This document shows positions 16,829 to 25,485 of a DNA stretch of 32,000 bases, piece by piece. The notes below the pieces were generated by a model. That model was not told where the DNA came from. It searched no databases and saw only the letters and a list, made by a program, of their open reading frames with translations. How positions within the stretch are numbered: the stretch's first letter is position 1; every line of letters starts with the position of its first letter. This stretch comes from Candidatus Iainarchaeum sp. (GTDB lineage: Archaea; Iainarchaeota; Iainarchaeia; Iainarchaeales; JAZDEL01): the NCBI GenBank assembly GCA_043808785.1, contig JAZDEL010000006.1, forward strand, positions 30,001 through 62,000, in the 5' to 3' direction. The position numbers were made by a program, and so were the translations under genes.

Positions 16829-18049
16829 TTAGGCCTTCCGCATTGCGAGCTGCCTAAAGACCATTTTGATTATGAAGTACAGGAGTACAAGGATTACTAT
16901 TATGAGAATCAGGAGCCCTATAGGGGATTCCGCGGGCTTCTGGTGCACATAAATCTCGAAATCCCGGGTTACTTGCTGCACGTTGTCAAGTTCGTCGCGG
17001 TAGGTTATTGTCACAGGCACGCTGTGCTTGCCTGTTTCCGCGGAAGGGTTTACTGTGAGGGTGAAAAGCCCCGACCCTGAGTCGTCCTCGTCTATGTTAC
17101 CGACATAAGTCTCCAGTACGCCCTCTATGCTCTGGTCGGGGGCGAGGGAAATTTTAGTGGCTTTTGCGGTTTCCTCGCCTATGTTGTCCAGTTGCACCGA
17201 GAGCGTGAGGGTGTCGCCCAGCATTATGCGCTTGTCGTCGGTGCGGTACTCTATCGAAAAGTCGATCCCCGAAATTATGAGGTCCGGCTTGCCATATACA
17301 TCGAAAGAAAATGCCTGCGTTGCGGTTGAGGGGCAGTCGAGGCAGTTTGCATCTATGTTGAAGACATAGGTTTTAGGCGCCGCCTTGTCGGAAACCCTGA
17401 GTAGGAAATTTATTGTTTTGGACTCGCCCTGCGGTATGTTGCCTGGCTCGAGCACTGTGTCCGACAGGGATATGAAAGGGTCGAGGGTGCTGTTTGTCTT
17501 CGGGATCAGCTTCACAGTTACGTCCCTTGCCTCGCCGGAGCAGTTGTTCGAGAGGTTCGCAGTTATGCGTAAGGTTTCGCCGATGTGCGGGGAATAGCTG
17601 TCAAGCATTACGTTTCCGACATCGAGGCCATAGCACTCCACCACAAGCAGGTTAACGTCGTAGCTCTGTTCGATGCGCTTGGTTCCGTTGAGGTATGAGA
17701 GATTAACCGAGAATTTGTAGGTTCCCGCGTATGCCTTTTCTTTTATTTTGAACCTGAAAACCGCGTTTTTGAGCGCGCCGGCATAAATCGTGCCGAGCTG
17801 CTCGGTTACGTGGATGGGCTCGAAATACGCCCCGCTCAGCATCAGTGTTGCGTTAACGTCGGTGGCTATGGAATTGCCGGAGGTGTTTTCCACCCTTACA
17901 TTGAGGTTTACCGTGTCGCCCGCATAAACAGTTGCAGGGCTCTGGGAGAAGGTGCCGACCTTGAGGATTGTGTCGTATGTGCTGGAGTAGGCGGCAAATG
18001 CCGAGGGCAGCAGGATAAACGCAACCAGAAGAAAAACAATGCGCTTCAT
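16829..18049 (-). CDS. secreted, C-terminally membrane-anchored protein with repeated CARDB-like beta-sandwich domains (COG1361-like)
   Basis: The signal peptide is MKRIVFLLVAFILLPSAFA, with the start trimmed to the ATG at 18049 and TAGGTG SD upstream. The pattern GDTVNLNVRVENTSGN / GETLRITANLSNNCSG / GDTLTLSVQLDNIGEE repeats. A C-terminal TM helix is followed by a basic tail. Confidence 0.7.
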   Translation of the reverse strand: MKRIVFLLVAFILLPSAFAAYSSTYDTILKVGTFSQSPATVYAGDTVNLNVRVENTSGNSIATDVNATLMLSGAYFEPIHVTEQLGTIYAGALKNAVFRFKIKEKAYAGTYKFSVNLSYLNGTKRIEQSYDVNLLVVECYGLDVGNVMLDSYSPHIGETLRITANLSNNCSGEARDVTVKLIPKTNSTLDPFISLSDTVLEPGNIPQGESKTINFLLRVSDKAAPKTYVFNIDANCLDCPSTATQAFSFDVYGKPDLIISGIDFSIEYRTDDKRIMLGDTLTLSVQLDNIGEETAKATKISLAPDQSIEGVLETYVGNIDEDDSGSGLFTLTVNPSAETGKHSVPVTITYRDELDNVQQVTRDFEIYVHQKPAESPIGLLILIIVILVLLYFIIKMVFRQLAMRKA

Positions 18050-18256
18050 AAGAACACCTAAAATGCCCGCATTAATCAGCGGCACATAAAGTAAGTGAAC
18101 GCAAGTAATTTAAATGTGGCGCTATTTTGCGCAGCAACGGCATGCTGTGCGCCGCAGGGAGCTTGCGGCAGTATGCATGCGCAATCGCGGGGGGTATGAA
18201 AGCTATAAATAGTAGTTTGCCTTACTGTTATTGTTTTATTTAAGGGGCGTGAAAAA

Positions 18257-18997
18257 ATGAAGCGTGTTGCAACAGGGGTTCCCGGGCTGGATGAACTGCT
18301 TGAGGGCGGATTTCCAGAGGGGAGGTCGGTGCTGCTTTCGGGGGCGTGCGGCACGGGAAAGACCATACTTTCGATGCAGTATATATACAACGGCGCGAAG
18401 AAATTCTCCGAGCCCGGCGTGTATGTTACGCTTGACGAGAGACCTGATTTGATAAGGCAGGACGTATTGAGGTTCGGTTGGGATTTGAGGAAGCTTGAGG
18501 ATGAGAAGCTGCTGCACATCGTGGACGGGAGCATTGCAAAACTTGGGCTGCCGAGCGATGAGCAGTTCTCGATGCCTGCAACAGGCTTCGACCTCGACAA
18601 GCTGCTGCTCGAGATAATGAGGATTTGCAAGAGGATAGGGGCGAAAAGGGTTGTTGTTGACAGCATTCCCGCGCTTGGGTTCAATTTCGACGACCCCAAC
18701 GAAATAAGGAAGGCAATACTGAAACTCAGTTACCTGCTTATGCGCACGGGCGTGACTTCAGTGCTTACTTCCGAGGTGCAGGAAGGGGAAAACAGGTTCG
18801 GAAAGTACGGAGTAGAGGAGTATGTTGTTGACGGAGTGATTGTGCTTTATTATGCGGGAATAGGGACGCAGAGCAACCGCACGCTGCACATAAGGAAGAT
18901 GCGCGCGACAAACCATTCGGAGGACCTGCATCCGCTGAAGATAACAAACAAGGGGATGGTTGTACACAAGATAGAGGAAGAATACAAGGAAACGTGA
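18257..18997 (+). CDS. single-domain KaiC/RecA-superfamily ATPase
   Basis: GVPGLDELLEGGFPEGRSVLLSGACGTGKT contains Walker A. RVVVDSI is Walker B-like. LHIRKMRATNH is typical of KaiC-like proteins. Confidence 0.8.
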   Translation: MKRVATGVPGLDELLEGGFPEGRSVLLSGACGTGKTILSMQYIYNGAKKFSEPGVYVTLDERPDLIRQDVLRFGWDLRKLEDEKLLHIVDGSIAKLGLPSDEQFSMPATGFDLDKLLLEIMRICKRIGAKRVVVDSIPALGFNFDDPNEIRKAILKLSYLLMRTGVTSVLTSEVQEGENRFGKYGVEEYVVDGVIVLYYAGIGTQSNRTLHIRKMRATNHSEDLHPLKITNKGMVVHKIEEEYKET

Positions 18998-19017
18998 ACC
19001 CGCCGGGCACGGGCGGC

Positions 19018-20079
19018 TCAGATTTCCCTTTTTACCAGGTAATCGGCAAATTCTTTCAGCCTTTGCTTTGCCGGGCTTTCTGAAAGCGAGGGTGCAAGTT
19101 CAGACCACGCTTCGGAAACAAGCCTTGCCGCGGTTTTTCTGGAATATTCCACGGAGCCGCAATCGCCGATTATTTTTATCGCTTCCTTCACTTCCGCTTT
19201 CGTGTTTTTCCCGGAGTCGAGGATTACGGCGAGCCTTTTTGCCTGCTTTGGCGATGCGTGTTCAAGCGCATATATTGCGGGGAGGCTGCGCTTCCCTTCC
19301 CTGACATCCTCCCCGGTTTCCTTGCCCCAGCCCTTGTTCGGGAAAAGGTTCAGCACGTCGTCACGTATCTGGAACGCCACGCCGAGCGTGGCTGCAAAAT
19401 TGCCCAATGCAGTTACCTGCCTTTCCTGCGCATTGCCGAGTATCGCGCCGAGCTTTGCCGCGAATGACGCAAGCGTGCCTGTTTTGTAAATGCACATCTG
19501 CAGGTATTGCTGTTCGGTTATTTTGCCGCCTTTTCCGCCGTGCCAGTAGATGTCCATTGCCTGGCCGAATGAAAGCCTGAGCATTTCCTCGGCATATGTG
19601 CCGTATATTTTTACACGCGTTTCGCAGCCGAGGTTTTTTGTGTTTCGGTAAAGCAGTATTGTCGGGAGGTAATAAAGGAGGTTTGCGTCGTTTATTGCGA
19701 GGTCCTCGCCGTAAATCTTGTGGGTGCACGGCCTGCCCCTGCGGAGTTCCGCATTATCCTCGACATCGTCGACCATTATTGTGCCGTTGTGGAGGAGTTC
19801 CGGCAGGACAACGAATTCCCCTATTTCGTCGGGGTTTCCGCCCACGGCTTCGCAGCAGAGGAGCATGAGCGCGGGGCGCCATCGCTTCCCGCCCCTTGAA
19901 AGGAAATCCCATATCGGCTCCGCAACCGCGCTGTTGCAGGTTTTTTCATCGGAATAAAATTTTGGCGCGCCTAACGCGTGTTCCAGCCAGGCGCGCGTGA
20001 GTTTTTTTGGGAAAAACGATTCGAGGCGCGCCTCAACGGTTTTCGCGGTTGCACCCAGATATTCTTCAATGCTTTCCAT
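19018..20079 (-). CDS. idsA: polyprenyl (geranylgeranyl) diphosphate synthase
   Basis: The first Asp-rich motif is LLHNGTIMVDDVEDNAELRRG. The second is FQIRDDVLN. A KRWRP motif is present. Confidence 0.85.
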   Translation of the reverse strand: MESIEEYLGATAKTVEARLESFFPKKLTRAWLEHALGAPKFYSDEKTCNSAVAEPIWDFLSRGGKRWRPALMLLCCEAVGGNPDEIGEFVVLPELLHNGTIMVDDVEDNAELRRGRPCTHKIYGEDLAINDANLLYYLPTILLYRNTKNLGCETRVKIYGTYAEEMLRLSFGQAMDIYWHGGKGGKITEQQYLQMCIYKTGTLASFAAKLGAILGNAQERQVTALGNFAATLGVAFQIRDDVLNLFPNKGWGKETGEDVREGKRSLPAIYALEHASPKQAKRLAVILDSGKNTKAEVKEAIKIIGDCGSVEYSRKTAARLVSEAWSELAPSLSESPAKQRLKEFADYLVKREI

Positions 20080-20102
20080 CCGCAGGTCACCTTTTCAACA
20101 GG

Positions 20103-22283
20103 TCAGCGCTTTCTCCGTTTCAGGAGGAAGAAGATTATGACTGCGGCCAGGACCGCGGCAATCAGCAGCAGGATGAGCACTACCGCAACAACGAGCACGA
20201 AAACAATGGCCTGCTGGTCCGCGCTCGCCGCGGGCAGGAATGCGCTCAGGTCGGGCAGGGGAAGGTTGAAACGCATTATGAAGGAGGTGTTGTCTACAGT
20301 GGCTGCGGAGCCCAGCACAACGGGCGGGGCGGGGAACTTTGATATCACGTCCTTGGTTATGAGGCTGTCCGCTTCCGCGCGTGAGAGGCGGCTCTTTAGC
20401 GAATATATGAGCGTGAGGGTTTCGCCGAACGGTATGGAAAGGCCCGTGAAATTTATTATCGGGTCTGCCCTTATTTCCTCGAATGCCGGGGAAGACGCGA
20501 GTTCTGATGTGTTTTGTGCGAACTCCTTTGGCACGAATTCCGCAACCTGCAGTTTGAGCGTGTTCCTGTCGCTGTTCACGATTGCGATGCGCACCCTTGC
20601 GAGGTAATATGACGAGTTGCGGTCTTCGGCATCCTTAACTTCGACAATCTCGAGCTTGCGGGAGACGGAGTATTTTTTTATGAGCGGTTCCGCTTCCGCG
20701 GCAAGGTCGGGCCTGAGCCCGCTGTCGCGCAGGAGGTTGGGGAGGCTGCCTATTGTGAAAACGTATGTTTTGCTTCGGTAGGGCACAACTGTTATCAGGG
20801 TTGCCGCGCGGGAGTAAAGCGCGGAGGCGGCTTCGGCGTGCGCCTTTGCGCCCAAATAATCCCTGCCCTTGGCAAAAAGTTCGTTTGCAAGCGCGAGGTT
20901 GCCGTCTGCCTGCAGCACGAGTTCGCCTAAGCGTGCGGATTCCACCATCTCGCCTTTCAGCGCGGACGCGGACTGCTCCGATGCGGCCTTGCCCCCGGTT
21001 GCGGAGGCTATTGCCGCGGAAGCCTCGGTACGGGACAAATAAATGTTGTTTAGGGTTATGGCAAGGGGGGCAGTTTCCGCGGTGTTGCCTGCTTTGTCGG
21101 AAACCTCCGCCTTGAGCGAGAACCTGCCGTTAGTTGCGGTTGCGGTGTTCCAGTCGTATCCATATATGCCGCTGTCTGATGCGGGAAGATTGGCTATTTC
21201 CTCCCACTCGCCCTTCGAGTTGCCGTAATAGAACACCACGCTTTCGATGCCTGAGCTGAACTCGCCGCCGTCGGATGCGCTTGCCTCAAGGCGCACAACA
21301 TCGGAAAGTTCCGCGGTTCCGGCAGGGGAAAGCAGGGAAACCTGCGGGGCATCGGTGTCGTAGTAGAATATTTCAGTTTTATCGCACAGGTCGAAGGCTT
21401 CGTCCTTTGCTGCAAGGGTTATTTTGATGGCCCCTTTTTTCGAAAGGCCGAGGTCGTAGGTTGCGCCCAGCGAGGTTACTATGTTCTTGCTTTCAAGCAC
21501 GGTTTCGTTGCCGTCGGGGAGGGTCAGGCGCAGGCTTGCGTAATAAAGGTCGTCTGCCGAGGACACGGAAATCGAAAGCGTGTTTGACGCCCTGTCCCAC
21601 GAGTGGGAGAGCGTAGCTTCTGCGGAGCAATAACGCATGCTCTCGAGGAAGTACTCCCTGCTGAGCGAGCCGCGGTTGCCCGCCTTGTCGTTTGCGGCAA
21701 TAACATAATGGTAAGTGGTGCCCTTATCGAGGCCTGTGTCCTTGAATGCGGTGCCCTGGAAGTTCTCCTCCGCTATTGTTACCGAGGGGTCGCGGACATC
21801 CTTTATCTGGAGCCTGCTTTTGAAGATTATATAGCCGCCGACGCCCGAACGGTCGTCGGTTGCGGGAAGCCAGCTCAGGGTGAGTTCGTCTTTTCCCGTG
21901 GCTTCGAGGGTTATGCCTGGCACGGAGCCGGGCTTTGTTTTGTCTATCTGCGCACGGTAGTGCGCTGTGCCGCTCCACTCGTTGGCATATTTTGCCCGCA
22001 GGTGGAAGTACCATGTGCCGTCCATCTTGTCGGGGGTTTCGAATTTTGTCGCGGTTGTGTATTGCGCGGAGTCGTCGGGAATTGTTTCGGGGTTCGGGTC
22101 GATAATGTAATAGTATTGGGCGGCGTTGTTGTCCGTGACGGGCGCCCAGTTAAGGGCGATGTCGCCGTGAAAATACCATGCGTCCTGGTCGGGGTGCGTG
22201 GAGGAGGTTATTGCGGGAGTTGCGAGTGCAAGGCAGAAAGGGAGCAAAAATGCAAATGCAAGGGCTAAGGCAAGGTTGCGCAA
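20103..22283 (-). CDS. large surface protein with FN3/Ig-like domains, N-terminal signal peptide and C-terminal TM anchor
   Basis: The TTG start has TAGGTG SD upstream. The signal peptide is MRNLALALAFAFLLPFCLALA. A STHPDQDAWY...WYFHLRA module is followed by an FN3-like segment (PGITLEATGKDELTLSWLPATDDRSGVGGYIIF...TYHYVIAANDKAGN). The C-terminus is a hydrophobic helix plus KRRKR. Confidence 0.7.
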   Translation of the reverse strand: MRNLALALAFAFLLPFCLALATPAITSSTHPDQDAWYFHGDIALNWAPVTDNNAAQYYYIIDPNPETIPDDSAQYTTATKFETPDKMDGTWYFHLRAKYANEWSGTAHYRAQIDKTKPGSVPGITLEATGKDELTLSWLPATDDRSGVGGYIIFKSRLQIKDVRDPSVTIAEENFQGTAFKDTGLDKGTTYHYVIAANDKAGNRGSLSREYFLESMRYCSAEATLSHSWDRASNTLSISVSSADDLYYASLRLTLPDGNETVLESKNIVTSLGATYDLGLSKKGAIKITLAAKDEAFDLCDKTEIFYYDTDAPQVSLLSPAGTAELSDVVRLEASASDGGEFSSGIESVVFYYGNSKGEWEEIANLPASDSGIYGYDWNTATATNGRFSLKAEVSDKAGNTAETAPLAITLNNIYLSRTEASAAIASATGGKAASEQSASALKGEMVESARLGELVLQADGNLALANELFAKGRDYLGAKAHAEAASALYSRAATLITVVPYRSKTYVFTIGSLPNLLRDSGLRPDLAAEAEPLIKKYSVSRKLEIVEVKDAEDRNSSYYLARVRIAIVNSDRNTLKLQVAEFVPKEFAQNTSELASSPAFEEIRADPIINFTGLSIPFGETLTLIYSLKSRLSRAEADSLITKDVISKFPAPPVVLGSAATVDNTSFIMRFNLPLPDLSAFLPAASADQQAIVFVLVVAVVLILLLIAAVLAAVIIFFLLKRRKR

Positions 22284-22345
22284 GGGAACACCTAATTAGT
22301 TGGGGCGGATATTAATTTAAAGGATTGGTTAAAGCGCGCAGGGGA

Positions 22346-23971
22346 TTAGCGGAATTCGTTCAGGCGCTTAATTACCCTGTCTTGCCCTAACGCAAAAATA
22401 AGCGTGCCTATCCTCGGGCCGCGCTCTTTTGCGAGGAGCGCGAGGTAGAGGGATTTGAAAAGTTCGCTTTGCTGGGTGTTATTTGATTTTGCAAGGGCGA
22501 AGAGTTCCGCGAGGAGTGCGTCCGCCGATTTGCTTTTGCGCACGAGTTCCACAACCTGCGGGAACAAAGATGCTGCAGCGGGGGAAATCGCATTTTTCGC
22601 ATCTACGGGAAGTTTTTCAGCGAACGCCAGTTTCGAATCCGCGGGTGCGTATTTCTCGGACCATGCGCGCGCGTTGCGCAGGCGCCCGAGGAGCGCTGCC
22701 TTTTCCTGCGCGGGGATTTTTTTAGGGAGGCTTCCCGAATCCTGCAGTTTTGCAATGAGTTCGGCATCGGATGAGAAAAGCTGCGAGAGGGAGGTGGCGA
22801 GGGAATAATCCAAAAGCGCTTCGCCAAGTTCCCTGCCGTGAACCCTAGAATAAGTGAAAAATTTTTTTGATTCCGGATTAGCCCCAACGGACGCAATAAC
22901 CCTGTCCAGCTCGAGTTCAAGGTTGGGCACGTCCTGCCACGAGAAGCTGCGGGCTTTTGTTATGCGCTTTATGAACAAATATTTAAGGGCTTCGGGCCTC
23001 GCCACCTCAAGCCAGTCTTTGGGGTAAATTACGTTGCCGAGGGAAGCGCTCATCTTTTTTCCGTCAACCATCAAATGCTCGTAAAAAATCGGCTCCGGTG
23101 CGGGAAAATTAAGGACGCGCTCGCAGATTTCCGCGTTTATCCAGAAGGCGGAATTCCTTGATTCGTACTCCTTGCCCGCGCCCTCGGAACAAACGCCCCA
23201 GCGCTTCCACTGCGCAGCCCACTCGCTTTTCCATACCAACTTGCCGTTGGCTTTTTTTAAATCCGCGGTGCCTTCATGCCCGCAGCCCTTTGCTGTTTCG
23301 GTTTCAAACTTGTAATCGCCGCAAACGTAATTAACCTTCGAATCCTCGACCGAGGTTATTTTTGTGGTTTGTATTTTGCCGCACTTTTCGCAGACCTGCT
23401 GCCAGGGGAACCAGTTCGCGCCGAGGTGCGTGCCTTCTTCCTTGAATTTGTTTATTATTTCGCGCACTGTCGATGTGCCTTTCAGAACCTGCATTACTTC
23501 CTCATTGAAATTGCCTTTCTTGTACTCTTCCCGCATCGAGAAGCGCTTTGGTTCGGAGTCGAGGAACTGCTTCATTGTTTCAAAAAATATTTCTGCGTGG
23601 TGCTGTGCGTAGCTTTTGTGGCAGCCCTCGGGGTCGGGGATGTCCGAGACGGGCATGCCTATGCATTCGCGGAATTTTTCGGGAACGCCTGCGGGGATTT
23701 TCCTCAATGGGTCCATGTCCTCGGTTACGTAAATGAAGCCCGTTGGGAAGCCCCGCGATTTCAGGGCCTTGTAAACCGCCTCGCTGCGGATTATGTCCGA
23801 GAGGCGGCCTATATGGAGAACGCCCGAAAGGGAGGAACTTGACTTGACGTTCCATTTTTTCAGTTTCGGCGCGCTTGCATGGGAAAAACTGCCCTTTTCG
23901 CGCCGTGCAATTTTTTCCGCAATCTGCTCCGCCCAGAAAATGGCTTCCTTGCCGTCAGTTGACTGCCGCAT
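22346..23971 (-). CDS. lysK: lysyl-tRNA synthetase, class I (archaeal type)
   Basis: I trimmed the ORF to the ATG at 23971 (MRQSTDGKEAIFWAEQIAEKI). A HIGH-like motif is present (SGVLHIGRLSD). Zn-knuckle-like cysteines are present (CEKCGK ... CGDY ... GCGH). A KMSKS-like motif is present (GKKMSASLGN). The upstream 257 codons of the track ORF are antisense to the antiporter gene. Confidence 0.85.
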   Translation of the reverse strand: MRQSTDGKEAIFWAEQIAEKIARREKGSFSHASAPKLKKWNVKSSSSLSGVLHIGRLSDIIRSEAVYKALKSRGFPTGFIYVTEDMDPLRKIPAGVPEKFRECIGMPVSDIPDPEGCHKSYAQHHAEIFFETMKQFLDSEPKRFSMREEYKKGNFNEEVMQVLKGTSTVREIINKFKEEGTHLGANWFPWQQVCEKCGKIQTTKITSVEDSKVNYVCGDYKFETETAKGCGHEGTADLKKANGKLVWKSEWAAQWKRWGVCSEGAGKEYESRNSAFWINAEICERVLNFPAPEPIFYEHLMVDGKKMSASLGNVIYPKDWLEVARPEALKYLFIKRITKARSFSWQDVPNLELELDRVIASVGANPESKKFFTYSRVHGRELGEALLDYSLATSLSQLFSSDAELIAKLQDSGSLPKKIPAQEKAALLGRLRNARAWSEKYAPADSKLAFAEKLPVDAKNAISPAAASLFPQVVELVRKSKSADALLAELFALAKSNNTQQSELFKSLYLALLAKERGPRIGTLIFALGQDRVIKRLNEFR

Positions 23972-24041
23972 GCAGAACCACAGATAGGATAGGGGGAATG
24001 AAATAGTTAAACTTAATGTTCCGGCACCCGCGGGGAGTACT

Positions 24042-24075
24042 GAAAAAACACAAAAAACAAACCGCGGTTGGCGGG
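24042..24075. repeat. hairpin-repeat family copy R1 (A/C-rich arm + CCGCGG core + short G/T arm), upstream of lysK
   Basis: The sequence is GAAAAAACACAAAAAACAAACCGCGGTTGGCGGG. The A/C-rich arm matches copy R4 at 21 of 23 positions. Confidence 0.6.
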
Positions 24076-24119
24076 AAAAAGCATTAAATAACACGTGGGG
24101 CATTAGAGTTACGGTTAAG

Positions 24120-25292
24120 ATGGAACTGTTTCTCGTTCTCGGCGCGCTGTTCCTGCTGACGTTCCTTATCGGGCAGGTTGTGGAGAAAATAAGGGTGCCG
24201 TGGATTTTCGCCGCGCTGCTCATAGGCACCGTGCTTGCCGCGTATAACCCGGTCGGGGACGTGACCTCGTCCGAGCCGTTTATTTTCCTGGCGCAAATGG
24301 GGATGTATTTCCTTCTTTTCGTGATAGGGTTTGAGATAGACCTTGCGGAGTTCAGGAAGGCGGGTGCGTTCATACTGAAGAGCACGTTTTTCATAATCCT
24401 GCTTGAGGCGGTGTTCGGCAGCCTGCTTATCCACTTCGTTTTCGGGTATGATTGGGCGATATCGGCAATAGTTGCGCTGTCCTTCGCCACGGTTGGGGAA
24501 GCCATACTCATCCCGATACTTGACGAGTTCGGCATCGTTAACACGAGGCTCGGGCAGAGCATAATAGGGATAGGGACGCTCGACGACATAATAGAGGTTG
24601 CGATGCTTATCGTGGTAATAATGCTCGTTGGCTCGCAGGGCGCGGCGCAGGCAAGCGCGGGGGTTACGCTTGTTTCGCTCTTCGTGCTTTCCGCGCTTGC
24701 CGTGGTGCTGATGAGGCTGGGCAAGTCGGGCAGGAAGTTCATGTTTCACGGCATCGAGATGCTTTTCCTGTTCGTGCTTTTCGTGCTTTTCCTTTTCCTC
24801 GGGGTCGGGGAGTATGCGAACGCGGGGCCTATAGCCGCGCTCCTTGCGGGGATTTCGCTTAAGGCGTTTGTGCCGAAGGAGAGGCTGCAGGCGATAGAGT
24901 CCGAGGTAAAGACGATGTGCTACGGCTTCTTTGCGCCGGTGTTTTTCCTCTGGGTCGGGCTTTCGCTCGACATAGGGTATCTGCTTGCGTTTCCGCTGCT
25001 TGTGCTTGCGGTAGTGGTTGTTTCAAACAGCGCGAAGATTCTGGGCAGCTACATAATGGCGAGGAAGGAGCTTGGCACAAGGCAGTCGATTCTGCTCGGC
25101 ATCGGGCTGTCAGTGAGGTTCAGCACGAGCATAATCATAGTAAAGATTCTTCTTGACAACGGGCTTATAGGCGCGGAGTTGTATTCGGTAATTGTCGCGT
25201 CAAGCATAGTGTTCAAGTTTGTCGTGCCCGTGCTGTTCTCAAACCTGCTCGTGAAGTGGGGCGTTTCGAAGGGCTCAACCGTAGCGGGGTAA
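24120..25292 (+). CDS. cation:proton antiporter (CPA2/Kef-NapA-like)
   Basis: The product is 390 aa and polytopic, with about 11-12 hydrophobic helices. The N-terminus GQVVEKIRVPWIFAALLIGTVLA is typical of Na+/H+ exchanger family proteins. Confidence 0.8.
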   Translation: MELFLVLGALFLLTFLIGQVVEKIRVPWIFAALLIGTVLAAYNPVGDVTSSEPFIFLAQMGMYFLLFVIGFEIDLAEFRKAGAFILKSTFFIILLEAVFGSLLIHFVFGYDWAISAIVALSFATVGEAILIPILDEFGIVNTRLGQSIIGIGTLDDIIEVAMLIVVIMLVGSQGAAQASAGVTLVSLFVLSALAVVLMRLGKSGRKFMFHGIEMLFLFVLFVLFLFLGVGEYANAGPIAALLAGISLKAFVPKERLQAIESEVKTMCYGFFAPVFFLWVGLSLDIGYLLAFPLLVLAVVVVSNSAKILGSYIMARKELGTRQSILLGIGLSVRFSTSIIIVKILLDNGLIGAELYSVIVASSIVFKFVVPVLFSNLLVKWGVSKGSTVAG

Positions 25293-25305
25293 AAAAATAA
25301 GAAAG

Positions 25306-25447
25306 TGGGAAGAGCGGGATTTGAACCCGCGACACCACGGTTTCTGCTCCTTTCGCAAAACCTGGAATCTTCAGCTGCACATGGGCAGAGCGTGGAAAAC
25401 TCCCCTCAACGCCCATCGTGTGCTCTCCCAGGCTGAGCTACCTTCCC
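25306..25447 (-). tRNA. tRNA-Phe(GAA) with two predicted introns (41 nt at 30/31, plus coords 25376..25416; 27 nt at 37/38, plus coords 25342..25368)
   Basis: The hand fold of the minus strand is GGGAAGG-TA-GCTC-AGCCTGGGA-GAGC-A-CACG[intron1]G-CTGAAG[intron2]A-CCGTG-GTGTC-GCGGG-TTCAAAT-CCCGC-TCTTCCC-A. Removing 41+27 nt gives a perfect 74-nt cloverleaf with a 5-bp anticodon stem CACGG/CCGTG and loop CTGAAGA. No CCA is encoded. Confidence 0.7.
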
Positions 25448-25485
25448 ACTCCAAGAATTGGGGGCTTTATTGTTTAAAAAGGATT

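Noticed and set aside
23972-24742. N-terminal 257 codons of the 798-aa minus-strand ORF 22346..24742
   Set aside because: This part is antisense to the well-supported polytopic antiporter gene (24120..25292). It is Ser/Thr/Ile/Pro-rich with no LysRS homology. LysRS homology starts at MRQSTDGKEAIFW (ATG 23971), which gives a normal 541-aa class I LysRS.
25376-25416. C/D-box sRNA encoded in tRNA introns (as known for some archaeal tRNA-Trp introns)
   Set aside because: No RUGAUGA (C box) / CUGA (D box) pairs at the expected spacing were found in any of the six introns.
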